A DNA stretch of 64,000 bases from a virus: positions 109,818 through 173,817 of IMG/VR virus record IMGVR_UViG_3300042197_004918; one strand, given 5' to 3'. Below are positions 9,838 to 18,047 of this stretch, piece by piece; the first letter of the stretch is position 1, and each line of letters starts with the position of its first letter. Both the position numbers and the translations under genes were made by a program. The notes beneath the pieces were generated by a model. That model saw only the letters and a program-made list of their open reading frames with translations, was not told the DNA's origin and did not search any database.

Positions 9838-12516
9838 ATGGCAAACGTAAAAATCTCCAATTTATCCGCCACCTGGACATCCTCAGCTGAGCTGACGGCT
9901 ATTAAGATGGACGTGACCGACACGGCTTCGTCAGGTTCAAGCAAACTCATGGACCTACAGTTAGGTTCGGTGAGCAAGTTTTCCGTCAGAAAAGACAGCG
10001 TAGTTACTGCTACATCATTTGTCGGTGGTCATACCGGGTCATTAGTAGGAACCTCCAGTTTTGCGGTAAGTTCAAGCACCGCTCAGTATAGTTCGACTGC
10101 GAGCTATGCTTCATCGGGCATCAGTGCGAGTTTTGCACAACAAAGCAATCAATCAGTGACGTCAAGCCACTCTGTAAGTGGTCTTAGCTCAAGTTATTCT
10201 TCATATAGTGGTCAGAGTAATACTTCGTTGAGTTCAAGTCAATCCAACTGGTCAAACACCGCAAGTTATGCTCTGAATGCGGGCAGCAGCGCAGGAACAA
10301 CTTTGAACAGCGGTAGCTCCTATAATATCACAGCATCTTGGTCAGTTTCATCGAGTTATGCGTTAAATTCTTCGGTAGGAACTACACTTGAAAGCGGAAG
10401 TTCTTACAATATAACCTCGTCGAGATCGATTTCTGCAAGCTTCGCTCACTCCGCTAGTTCGGCTATGACAGCAAGTTTTGCTTTAAGTGCAATTGCATCT
10501 CTTTCTTCGGGGAGTTCTTACAATATAACTGCCAGCCGTGCGGTCACTGCGAGTTATGTTCTGTCTTCCAGTTATGCTATCACAGCAAGCTTCGCTGAAC
10601 GGTATGCACCATACTGGCCTTCAAATGTAGAAATTTCTGGTGCCGGCCTAACTCCATCACTTAACAATGTGGTGAATTATGTGGCAACAAGTGGGTCATT
10701 TAGTTTATTCGCGAGTGCTCTAGGGAACACCCCTCAGTATTTTAAATGGTATATCAACTCCTCTTCATTATTACAACAGGGAACAGCGAGTGCATACAAT
10801 GTCACTTCTTCTATGAAGAATCCCAACAGCGGCATTTATACGTGCCAGGTGACCAACAGTTATGGCTCAGCGACTTCACAAAACTTTCAAGTTCAAGTCC
10901 TCGATCCTGTGGAGTTAGTGTCAGAAACTGCTCCAACTCCAACTCCCTCGGTCAACTCAATGGTCTATTTCATCGTGAGTGCGACTGGAGACCTTATCCG
11001 TTACAGGTGGAAGAAACGTGGAACAACGCCGGCTTTAGACACCTATGTTGTAGACGGTGTGCCTAGTATTCTTAATGAGGGTTATGCATCTTCAACGTTA
11101 ACCATCCAAGCCATAAGTCCAGAATCCGAGGGGTCTTATTTCTGTGAAATATCAAACAGCGTCAGTAACACATCTTCCTCAAATATGTTGATTTATGTTA
11201 CAGCACCTACAATCGTGACACAACCGGAAGATTTGGATACATTTGGAATGGCCACGGTATTGGCAACCGGCTCGGCCATCAGTTATTCGTGGCAATATAA
11301 TGGCATTGATATAGTCGAACAGACCGCAGCGACTTTGAATTTATCCACTGCTGTCAACGCTAATTATTTTACTCAGCCGATGATGGATCAATTATACTCC
11401 TTACGGTGTAAGGTCTATAACGGAGTCGGATACAACCTTAGCGATTCTATTCAAGTCAAACCGTTTAAGAAGGCCGGTGTCGCACTATCAGGTCACGCTG
11501 GGTCTGCCACGAGAACCGATCACTTTGTCGTCGCAATAGATGCTGCCTCTCAAATCATAGCCCCAGTGGGAACAACGTATGCAGTCGTTAAAAACAACGT
11601 TAACGTGGGTTCCGATGTCACTGCTTTGGGAGAGTCTACGCCAAAACTTACTCTCCATAACGTCCAATCGTCGGACGCGGGAACATATGCTGTAAGTGCC
11701 AGTTTCAATGGACTTAGTGTTACAAGTGACGCGATATCTCTGACCATTGCCGAGAATGCTAGTTATCATAACGCGTTTCCTTTGATCAGGTATGTTTTTG
11801 ACGATGAAACTCATACATTAGTCGCGGACTATGGAATGTCGCTTGGAACCACATATAACGGCCCCAACGGCACACCTCCAGGAACTTATTACATAGGTCG
11901 CGCCATCCGCCAGTCTCAGAACTTCACTGCATACGACCAGGCCGATTTGAATGGAAGTGTTTCATGTCCCGATCACGCGCCGTTTCCGACCACGTTGGGT
12001 TTTCCAACTTCCACGGTCACAATTACTGGCCGAAACATATCCGGCTCGTCTTCCTCGGGTTCTACAAGCATATTTTACCAATACGCTTACTCATACACGT
12101 TCGCCTCTTGCCCAACCAACTCTGTTAGCACTCCTAATCCGTGGCCGTGCGTCCACCCTGACACGTTGGCAGACACCTGCTCGGGTGGACAAACAGCCAC
12201 GTCGGCTGCCAATCTAATGACCGTCACCGTAATGAGTTTTGGTAATCTTGGAATTACCGTCCATCCGACTGGTAGCCAGTCAAAAGCCACCGGAAGCGCC
12301 GTGGTGCTTAGAACCGTCGGAACTGCCGGTGGCGCAGACCTACACTACAGATGGTATAGGAACGGTGTAAGAATCCCTGACTCTGATTCAAGCCTCTATT
12401 CTATATCCAGCGTTGCACTGAGCGACTCGGGCTCTTATTATTGTATTGTCGGTGCTAAATCCACACTGTCTTATAGAACGATGCAGTCGTCTGCATCTAT
12501 ACTTAACGTGGTGTAA
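9838..12516 (+). CDS. Ig-like-domain virion surface protein (fibre or decoration)
   Basis: Ser/Ala-rich SASYA and SGSSYNITAS repeats, then several Ig-like domains (Y.W....SG.Y.C). Confidence 0.8.
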   Translation: MANVKISNLSATWTSSAELTAIKMDVTDTASSGSSKLMDLQLGSVSKFSVRKDSVVTATSFVGGHTGSLVGTSSFAVSSSTAQYSSTASYASSGISASFAQQSNQSVTSSHSVSGLSSSYSSYSGQSNTSLSSSQSNWSNTASYALNAGSSAGTTLNSGSSYNITASWSVSSSYALNSSVGTTLESGSSYNITSSRSISASFAHSASSAMTASFALSAIASLSSGSSYNITASRAVTASYVLSSSYAITASFAERYAPYWPSNVEISGAGLTPSLNNVVNYVATSGSFSLFASALGNTPQYFKWYINSSSLLQQGTASAYNVTSSMKNPNSGIYTCQVTNSYGSATSQNFQVQVLDPVELVSETAPTPTPSVNSMVYFIVSATGDLIRYRWKKRGTTPALDTYVVDGVPSILNEGYASSTLTIQAISPESEGSYFCEISNSVSNTSSSNMLIYVTAPTIVTQPEDLDTFGMATVLATGSAISYSWQYNGIDIVEQTAATLNLSTAVNANYFTQPMMDQLYSLRCKVYNGVGYNLSDSIQVKPFKKAGVALSGHAGSATRTDHFVVAIDAASQIIAPVGTTYAVVKNNVNVGSDVTALGESTPKLTLHNVQSSDAGTYAVSASFNGLSVTSDAISLTIAENASYHNAFPLIRYVFDDETHTLVADYGMSLGTTYNGPNGTPPGTYYIGRAIRQSQNFTAYDQADLNGSVSCPDHAPFPTTLGFPTSTVTITGRNISGSSSSGSTSIFYQYAYSYTFASCPTNSVSTPNPWPCVHPDTLADTCSGGQTATSAANLMTVTVMSFGNLGITVHPTGSQSKATGSAVVLRTVGTAGGADLHYRWYRNGVRIPDSDSSLYSISSVALSDSGSYYCIVGAKSTLSYRTMQSSASILNVV

Positions 12517-12724
12517 TTTTATAAAGTCCGTTCAACTATATATTGAATATGAGATATTTCACAGGCATGGTACCACTCCAACCAATCGGAGGACTCGTCA
12601 CAAACAACCCAGCTACGACCGTTCAGGAACAAGCTGATAAACAGAAGCAAGAAGCGGCCATCAAAGAGGCCATGAGGCAGACACAGTTGGAAAAGGAAGA
12701 GAAGAAGAAAGCCAGATAAAGCGT

Positions 12725-13234
12725 ATGGACGAAGATGTGAGAGAATACGGTTGTTTAATGGCGTATATCGAACCGGCTTCTGCGAATAAAGTGGTGGAGC
12801 TTGGAAAAAAGATTATACCTCAATCAATTCTCTACGAGGTTCCTGGTGAAGAATATGGTAGAGAGACAGAACCTCACGTCACCATAAAGTATGGTTTCAC
12901 CCGAGATTTGACCGACGAAGAAGTAAAGAAAATCATCGGAAAAACAAAATCATTCTCCGTAGTCGCTGAAGGCCTAAGCACGTTTGATGGTAAAGAATTT
13001 CAAGTTGTAAAATTTGATATTCGCAGGGATGGGGTATTGTTATCCATGCGTAAGCTATGTGACGCATTTCCAAATAAAGACTCGCACCCCGACTTCCATC
13101 CTCACATGACATTGGCATACACAAAGCTAAAGTCATTCCCACACAAAAAGACCGGTCTATCTCTATCCTTTCGAGTAAACAAATTTGTCTACTCTCCTAT
13201 AACTGGAAAAAAGAGAGACTATAACCTATCTTAA
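12725..13234 (+). CDS. 2H phosphoesterase (T4 gp57B/Acb1-like)
   Basis: Two HxT motifs: PHVTIKYG and PHMTLAY. Confidence 0.8.
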   Translation: MDEDVREYGCLMAYIEPASANKVVELGKKIIPQSILYEVPGEEYGRETEPHVTIKYGFTRDLTDEEVKKIIGKTKSFSVVAEGLSTFDGKEFQVVKFDIRRDGVLLSMRKLCDAFPNKDSHPDFHPHMTLAYTKLKSFPHKKTGLSLSFRVNKFVYSPITGKKRDYNLS

Positions 13235-13236
13235 TG

Positions 13237-13260
13237 TGATGCCCAAATATATGGGCATCA
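13237..13260. terminator. perfect hairpin, possible terminator
   Basis: TGATGCCCA-AATATA-TGGGCATCA directly after a stop; no strong U-tract. Confidence 0.5.
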
Positions 13261-13310
13261 ATGAGATAAAAACTTTACTTTAAGCAGGCATGAGTTAGTA
13301 TTTATTCAAA

Positions 13311-13862
13311 ATGAGTAACGATACCACAAAGTTTTATGTAGAGAGTGGGAACTGGAGAGGTTGCATCTCTTTGCCGGTGAAGAGGTCTGAGGTATCTAAC
13401 TATGATTATATTGAAGCTGCCACCAGAGCAATGGAAGCGGTGTTCGATGAACGAAAAGAGATAGGCAAAGAGTTTGAAATTATAAGTCTGCTCGATAAAT
13501 CAGGAAAAGATTACTTCGACTCAGAGTTCACCGGACAGTTGAGTGATGTTCCTGAATGTCTCTTCGGATTGCTTACTGCCTGCTTCCTTGAAAAAGATGT
13601 AAACAATCAGGAAAATTGGTGGTATTTCCTATCAAGTAAGATTTTCGCCAATGCTGGACAACATAGAAACGTTTCCCTTGCTACTGCGGTAGAGAAACAG
13701 TATTCCAAAGAGGTAAATGAGTTTAAAGCCAGAGAGGAAGAGCTCATAGATTTAGACAAGCGGGGAGAAATGGATGCCCGGATAGCGGAAGCGAAAAAGA
13801 AGATGAAGAAAAAATCTCCTCCCAAAAAGGACTCCGGAAATGAATCTGATAATCAGTTGTGA
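13311..13862 (+). CDS. hypothetical protein
   Basis: 183 aa ORF after TATTTAT. Confidence 0.7.
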   Translation: MSNDTTKFYVESGNWRGCISLPVKRSEVSNYDYIEAATRAMEAVFDERKEIGKEFEIISLLDKSGKDYFDSEFTGQLSDVPECLFGLLTACFLEKDVNNQENWWYFLSSKIFANAGQHRNVSLATAVEKQYSKEVNEFKAREEELIDLDKRGEMDARIAEAKKKMKKKSPPKKDSGNESDNQL

Positions 13863-14133
13863 ATTGACTGCCCCTCCCAGTGAGATTGGAGCCTTCCGAA
13901 ATCTCACTCTTTATGCGACGATTTTCAAAAAAATGGATTGTCTCATAGAAGCCGAACCAGATGAAGTTGATTTTTACTACAACTGGCTGAAACGAAATTA
14001 TGCCTACGATTTCGTCAAACAGTTTGTGAAGAAACGTGAAGTCACGGGAATAAGATTGAATTACGATAGAATCCAACGTCTCACATTCAACAACTTAAAT
14101 GATATGATATTCGTAGTGAGTATGGCAAAATGA
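13840..14133 (+). CDS. hypothetical protein
   Basis: Overlapping ORF. Confidence 0.6.
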   Translation: MNLIISCELTAPPSEIGAFRNLTLYATIFKKMDCLIEAEPDEVDFYYNWLKRNYAYDFVKQFVKKREVTGIRLNYDRIQRLTFNNLNDMIFVVSMAK

Positions 14134-14676
14134 CTTGACAAAAAAACGGACTGTTTGTATATTGCTGTAATGGATAATGCCCGCCTTAAAGAAATCGTCC
14201 TCAAGTTGATGGATGATAAGCAGAAATCTACTTTGGTATGTGACCACGGAGATTATAAAGTGATGTTCCCATACTGTATTATGCAGCATCTAAACGAATT
14301 GGAGGATCTTTATGCAGATGAAACTTCGCAAGAAAGTTAAACTTTACAATATCAAGGAACGTCCCGACGGAAACTGGAAACTATGTCCACTTTGCGACTC
14401 GGAATTGGATTCTTGCCATATCGGAGTATTTTGTTCAAGTAAAAAATGTCGTTATGTAGATGGTATCGCTTTTTTGACCAAAGGCGAATACAAAAAATTT
14501 AAAGATAAAATCGAATAATTTAGCGGTTTTCAAAATTTCGTAATATGTATTGGATAATGAACGTAGAATCGTATTTACCGTCACTGTCTGTGTGGGCACC
14601 AGTTGCCCTCGGGAGTGCTGTATTGTCAGCCCCTCTCGGGTAACCTTTCTAACGGCATATCTTTACATAAGGACCG

Positions 14677-14700
14677 TTGGAAAAACTTCCAACGGTTTTT
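14677..14700 (+). terminator. intrinsic terminator upstream of the RNA island
   Basis: ACCGTTGGAA-AAAC-TTCCAACGGT-TTTT. Confidence 0.8.
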
Positions 14701-14729
14701 GACGTTTTTGGGATGGTTGAAGAAAGTAG

Positions 14730-14757
14730 TTGACGGATTTGAAAAGAAGTGTAAGAT
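14730..14757 (+). promoter_or_regulatory. sigma70-like promoter for the tRNA array
   Basis: TTGACG-N16-TAAGAT. Confidence 0.65.
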
Positions 14758-14900
14758 AGTAACAGTTGAATTTGAAACAAGACGTTCGGTTGAAACTCCG
14801 AACCGTAGAGGCAGAGTCTAAAAGACAGAGCCGGTCGGGCTAGTCCCGGTCACCACACGATAGGTCTGCCGACTAACCCCCGGAAAATAAAAGGGTCAAC

Positions 14901-14974
14901 GCGGGTATGATGTAATGGTAGCCTATAACTTTGCCAAAGTTGATGCGAGGGTTCGATTCCCTTTACCCGCTCCA
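14901..14974 (+). tRNA. tRNA-Gly(GCC)
   Basis: Cloverleaf, loop TT-GCC-AA, U73, CCA encoded. Confidence 0.93.
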
Positions 14975-15070
14975 GTAAATTGTTGTGTAAGTGGATTTAA
15001 CCACCTTGACAACGGATATAAACCCCTTAACTGGGTTTTCCAATGTAGTCACAACGATTTATCAATTAAT

Positions 15071-15144
15071 GCGGAATTGTTGTAATGGTAGCGATTCTGA
15101 TTTACACTCAGACAGAGGGGGTTCAATTCCCTCATTCCGTACCA
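15071..15144 (+). tRNA. tRNA-Val(TAC)
   Basis: TCTGA-TTTACAC-TCAGA, A73, CCA. Confidence 0.9.
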
Positions 15145-15235
15145 ATTAATTTGTTAACAAAGAAAGCCGAAACCCTTCTGGTATGGGAGCGTTTTTATCG
15201 GGGGTAAAAGTCCCAACTATCACCGCATTTTCAAT

Positions 15236-15312
15236 GGCCCCGTCGTCTAAGGTGGGTAGGACTTTTGATTCTCAATCAAAGAAACTCGGTTCGACCCCGA
15301 GCGGGGCTACCA
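15236..15312 (+). tRNA. tRNA-Glu(CTC)
   Basis: TTTGA-TTCTCAA-TCAAA, CCA. Confidence 0.9.
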
Positions 15313-15477
15313 AATTTAAGGCAAAGCATCCTTTAATCCCAAACCGCACGTAAAGCGGGGATGGAAGCTTGACAGCTGGAGAGAAAGCACCAATTTTAAT
15401 GGTCGGCGTATGACACCTCTACAACGGGTTGCTCTGTTGAACAGTGAATAATTACGAGGATCCCCGGCCGCCAACTT

Positions 15478-15559
15478 AAATCACGGAAGTTAGGGTTCGA
15501 GGTCCTTGGGTCTTCTTGTAGGGAGGACACTTAATGTAAGTGGAAGCATACCGTGATTT
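15478..15559 (+). ncRNA. circularly permuted tRNA-like RNA (YrlA/Y-RNA-like layout)
   Basis: Terminal stem AAATCACGG/CCGTGATTT encloses a T-arm (GTTCGA), then a closed acceptor-like hairpin, then a D-arm (TAATGTAAGTGGAAGCATA). Confidence 0.5.
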
Positions 15560-15569
15560 GAAGTTTTTT

Positions 15570-15644
15570 GGGGGATTAGTGATAATGGTAGCACGACTGA
15601 TTTGCACTCAGTAGGTACTGGTTCGATTCCTGTATCCTCCACCA
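15570..15644 (+). tRNA. tRNA-Ala(TGC)
   Basis: G3:U70, ACTGA-TTTGCAC-TCAGT, CCA. Confidence 0.93.
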
Positions 15645-15645
15645 A

Positions 15646-15718
15646 CCGTTCGTAGGATAATGGCTATTCCGCCTGCTTTGGGAGCAGGATATTGTGAGTT
15701 CGAGTCTCACCGAGCGGA
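15646..15718 (+). tRNA. tRNA-Pro(TGG), no encoded CCA
   Basis: CCTGC-TTTGGGA-GCAGG, C1:G72, A73. Confidence 0.9.
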
Positions 15719-15787
15719 CAGCGTAGCGCCGGGTTGGGTATTGCTCCAACGGTAATGTGTTAGTGTTAACGCCCGGCGGTCACGTAT

Positions 15788-15861
15788 GCTCAAGTGATGT
15801 AATTGGAAAACATCTTTGTCTCAAAAACAGAGTTTTGTGGGTTCAACTCCCACCTTGAGCA
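15788..15861 (+). tRNA. tRNA-Leu(CAA), short variable loop
   Basis: TTTGT-CTCAAAA-ACAGA. Confidence 0.85.
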
Positions 15862-15863
15862 CC

Positions 15864-15943
15864 GTTCAGTTGATGAAAATCGTAGGGAAACATCTGGGAC
15901 GAAAATCTCGGTTTTGTAGGTTCGACTCCTACACTGAACACCA
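15864..15943 (+). tRNA. atypical tRNA with 6-nt anticodon loop (CGAAAA; Phe-like?)
   Basis: Perfect acceptor GTTCAGT/ACTGAAC, T-arm and CCA; loop lacks U33. Confidence 0.6.
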
Positions 15944-15947
15944 TAAT

Positions 15948-16022
15948 GGTCACGTAGCCCAATTGGCAGGAGGCGCAACGTCGAGAACGTTGACAGTGTG
16001 AGTTCAAATCTCACCGTGACTA
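15948..16022 (+). tRNA. tRNA-Leu(GAG), C33, short variable loop
   Basis: CAACG-TCGAGAA-CGTTG. Confidence 0.8.
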
Positions 16023-16031
16023 CCGTATTTT

Positions 16032-16119
16032 GGGCAAGTATCCAAATGGTGAAGGAGACTGACTGTAAATCAGTTGCCATGTGCTAAACTTACAGGTTCG
16101 AGTCCTGTCTTGCCCACCA
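16032..16119 (+). tRNA. tRNA-Tyr(GTA)
   Basis: ACTGA-CTGTAAA-TCAGT, long variable region, CCA. Confidence 0.92.
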
Positions 16120-16324
16120 AACATCAAGCTCCCTTGAATTACACAACCTATGCATGGGTCAACGAAATGGTGTATTAACCGATTGGCTCGGTCGGCCTCT
16201 GATGTCTTTGATTTAAACAGACTAGCGTTTTCGGCTAGCCTGGCAGAGTGAGATAGATACCGTAGTAGGGCACGAGGCGGAGAACATCAGTGAAATCCTC
16301 ACAAAACCATTTCGTAAGTATAAT

Positions 16325-16402
16325 GGCTACGTAGCCCAATTGGAAGGAGGCGTCTCATTTAAAACGAGAACAGTGCAGGTTCGAGTCCTGTCGTAGCTAC
16401 CA
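16325..16402 (+). tRNA. tRNA-Leu(TAA), short variable loop
   Basis: TCTCA-TTTAAAA-CGAGA, CCA. Confidence 0.85.
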
Positions 16403-16606
16403 TTTTTGATTTCGGGTGTATATGACACAACGAATTACGTATATTTGTGTCAAAATGTGGAATGGATTGGGCACGAAACTCCGAATTGCACTGACCAATC
16501 ACACTCGAATTTTGAATCTATGTTGGGGCACGGTAGGCTCCGATGTAAGTAGAGGTCGCGGGTGGTGCCCTCGGATGGGTTCAAGTCCCAGACCACCAAA
16601 TTTCAT

Positions 16607-16681
16607 AGGGATATAGCTCAATGGCGGAGCAACACAATGACATTGTGAAGGTTGCTGGTTCAAGTCCAGTTATCCCTACCA
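16607..16681 (+). tRNA. tRNA-Val(GAC)
   Basis: Loop AT-GAC-AT, A73, CCA. Confidence 0.88.
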
Positions 16682-16933
16682 GATTGAAGAAAATTGTGCT
16701 AGATTTAAGCGGTAAACGTAACCGGCTCTCCTAAAGGAAGGGAAATTTTAAATCACTTCAACATTTTGTAGATGAGCGGTGGAGAAGTGCCACTAGAACA
16801 TGAGTAGTGCGTAAATAGGTGTGTGATGTCCCGACAGTGGAATAAACGGAAACGGCCGTAACAACGGTGTAGCCGCCACGACGTAGAAAATACGCCATGA
16901 AGATTAAATTCTTTCCATCTACAATCCCTTTAT

Positions 16934-17010
16934 GGTCACGTAGCCCAACGGCAGGAGGCGGGAGTCTTAGAAGCTCTACAGTGGGGGTTCAAATCCCTCC
17001 GTGACCACCA
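16934..17010 (+). tRNA. tRNA-Leu(TAG), short variable loop
   Basis: GGAGT-CTTAGAA-GCTCT, CCA. Confidence 0.88.
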
Positions 17011-17431
17011 TTTTGTTTTTTCTTCTCCAGTTTGGTGTTATGGAATGGCAATTAGGACATAGAAGTTTTAAGTTTTGGTTTTGATTATTTTTCTTGTTTC
17101 CATCCACATGATGAACCTCAAGCGTTATTGGTTCTCCCAACCAATCCGCAGTCGAGCATCGTTCGCATTTTAATCCTCTCTCTTTAATGAGACAGTTTCT
17201 ACGAGCGGTTGCGGAAGAATAATCTTCTAAAGATTTCAAAGATTTACCCTTATTCCACAGTTGATGTGAAAAATGACTTATATCAAGATTCAATCGTTCA
17301 ATATGAAGTTTAACGGACCCCTGAGTCCCGCCGGCTTGAACTAATCCAAGATTTTTCAAAACTTGACTATAAGCACGACTTTTGGAAACAGCAACTTTTA
17401 ATTCTTCGTCTGAGTATGTTCTTTTTTTCAT
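16976..17431 (-). CDS. HNH homing endonuclease, ends antisense inside tRNA-Leu(TAG)
   Basis: CxxC..LEVHHVDGN..NN...NL.LLCPNCH; start reassigned to MKKRTY. Confidence 0.9.
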   Translation of the reverse strand: MKKRTYSDEELKVAVSKSRAYSQVLKNLGLVQAGGTQGSVKLHIERLNLDISHFSHQLWNKGKSLKSLEDYSSATARRNCLIKERGLKCERCSTADWLGEPITLEVHHVDGNKKNNQNQNLKLLCPNCHSITPNWRRKNKMVVTEGFEPPL

Positions 17432-17487
17432 ATCAATAAATATGAAACGGTAGACGAATAACACAATATTTATGTGTCAACCATTTT

Positions 17488-17731
17488 GAAAACGTGAGCG
17501 TGATAAAACGCAATGGGAACTAGACCACAACGAACCGGGAAGAAATGAAAGGTCGATAAACTATAGTTCTCATGTCGATTGAGGCGGTGCGATAATCCGA
17601 TGGCGAGCGGACGCTCGTTGTGATTGGAAACAATCATACTATGGGGAACTAAGCGGTGATATATCACAAGGCACCCATAGCGCAGGGCCAGTCTTAGACA
17701 CATACGGGTCCGAACCCCGTCGTTTTCACCA
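17488..17731 (+). ncRNA. 244-nt tRNA-ended structured RNA of unknown class
   Basis: Acceptor GAAAACG/CGTTTTC-A-CCA, D-like arm, T-arm ACGGG-TCCGAAC-CCCGT, ~170 nt internal helices. Confidence 0.65.
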
Positions 17732-17733
17732 TT

Positions 17734-17966
17734 TTGAAGTAGTAGGCTTAGAAGCAGCCATCTTTAATCAGCGAATCGAAACGCTGGCGACGACGCCTCC
17801 GTGCAACACCGACATTACGATTGGATGTTGTGAACGAGGTGATACATAAGAAGATATAGAGAGATAATAGTCTTGTGTATTGCCGTCCAGTATCTCCGCA
17901 GAAAGTAAACGGATACTCCGTAACTGGTAAGGTCCAATTATTCCTTGGCGTAAAAGCAGACTTCAA
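17734..17966 (+). ncRNA. 23S rRNA GTPase-centre (H43-H44) mimic RNA, copy 1
   Basis: GTAGGCTTAGAAGCAGCCATCTTTAA ... GCGTAAAAGC closed by TTGAAGT/ACTTCAA. Confidence 0.75.
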
Positions 17967-17969
17967 TAT

Positions 17970-18044
17970 CCATCCGTCGCCTAACTTGGTATGGCATCTC
18001 ATTTGGGGTGAGAAATAATCTCGGTTCAAATCCGGGCGGGTGGA
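17970..18044 (+). tRNA. tRNA-Pro(TGG), copy 2
   Basis: TCTCA-TTTGGGG-TGAGA, C1:G72, A73. Confidence 0.88.
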
Positions 18045-18047
18045 CCT

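Noticed and set aside
16525-17731. Canonical tmRNA (candidates at 16525-16598 and 17488-17731)
   Set aside because: Neither has an Ala-type acceptor with G3:U70 pairing the 5' and 3' ends; the first is far too short.
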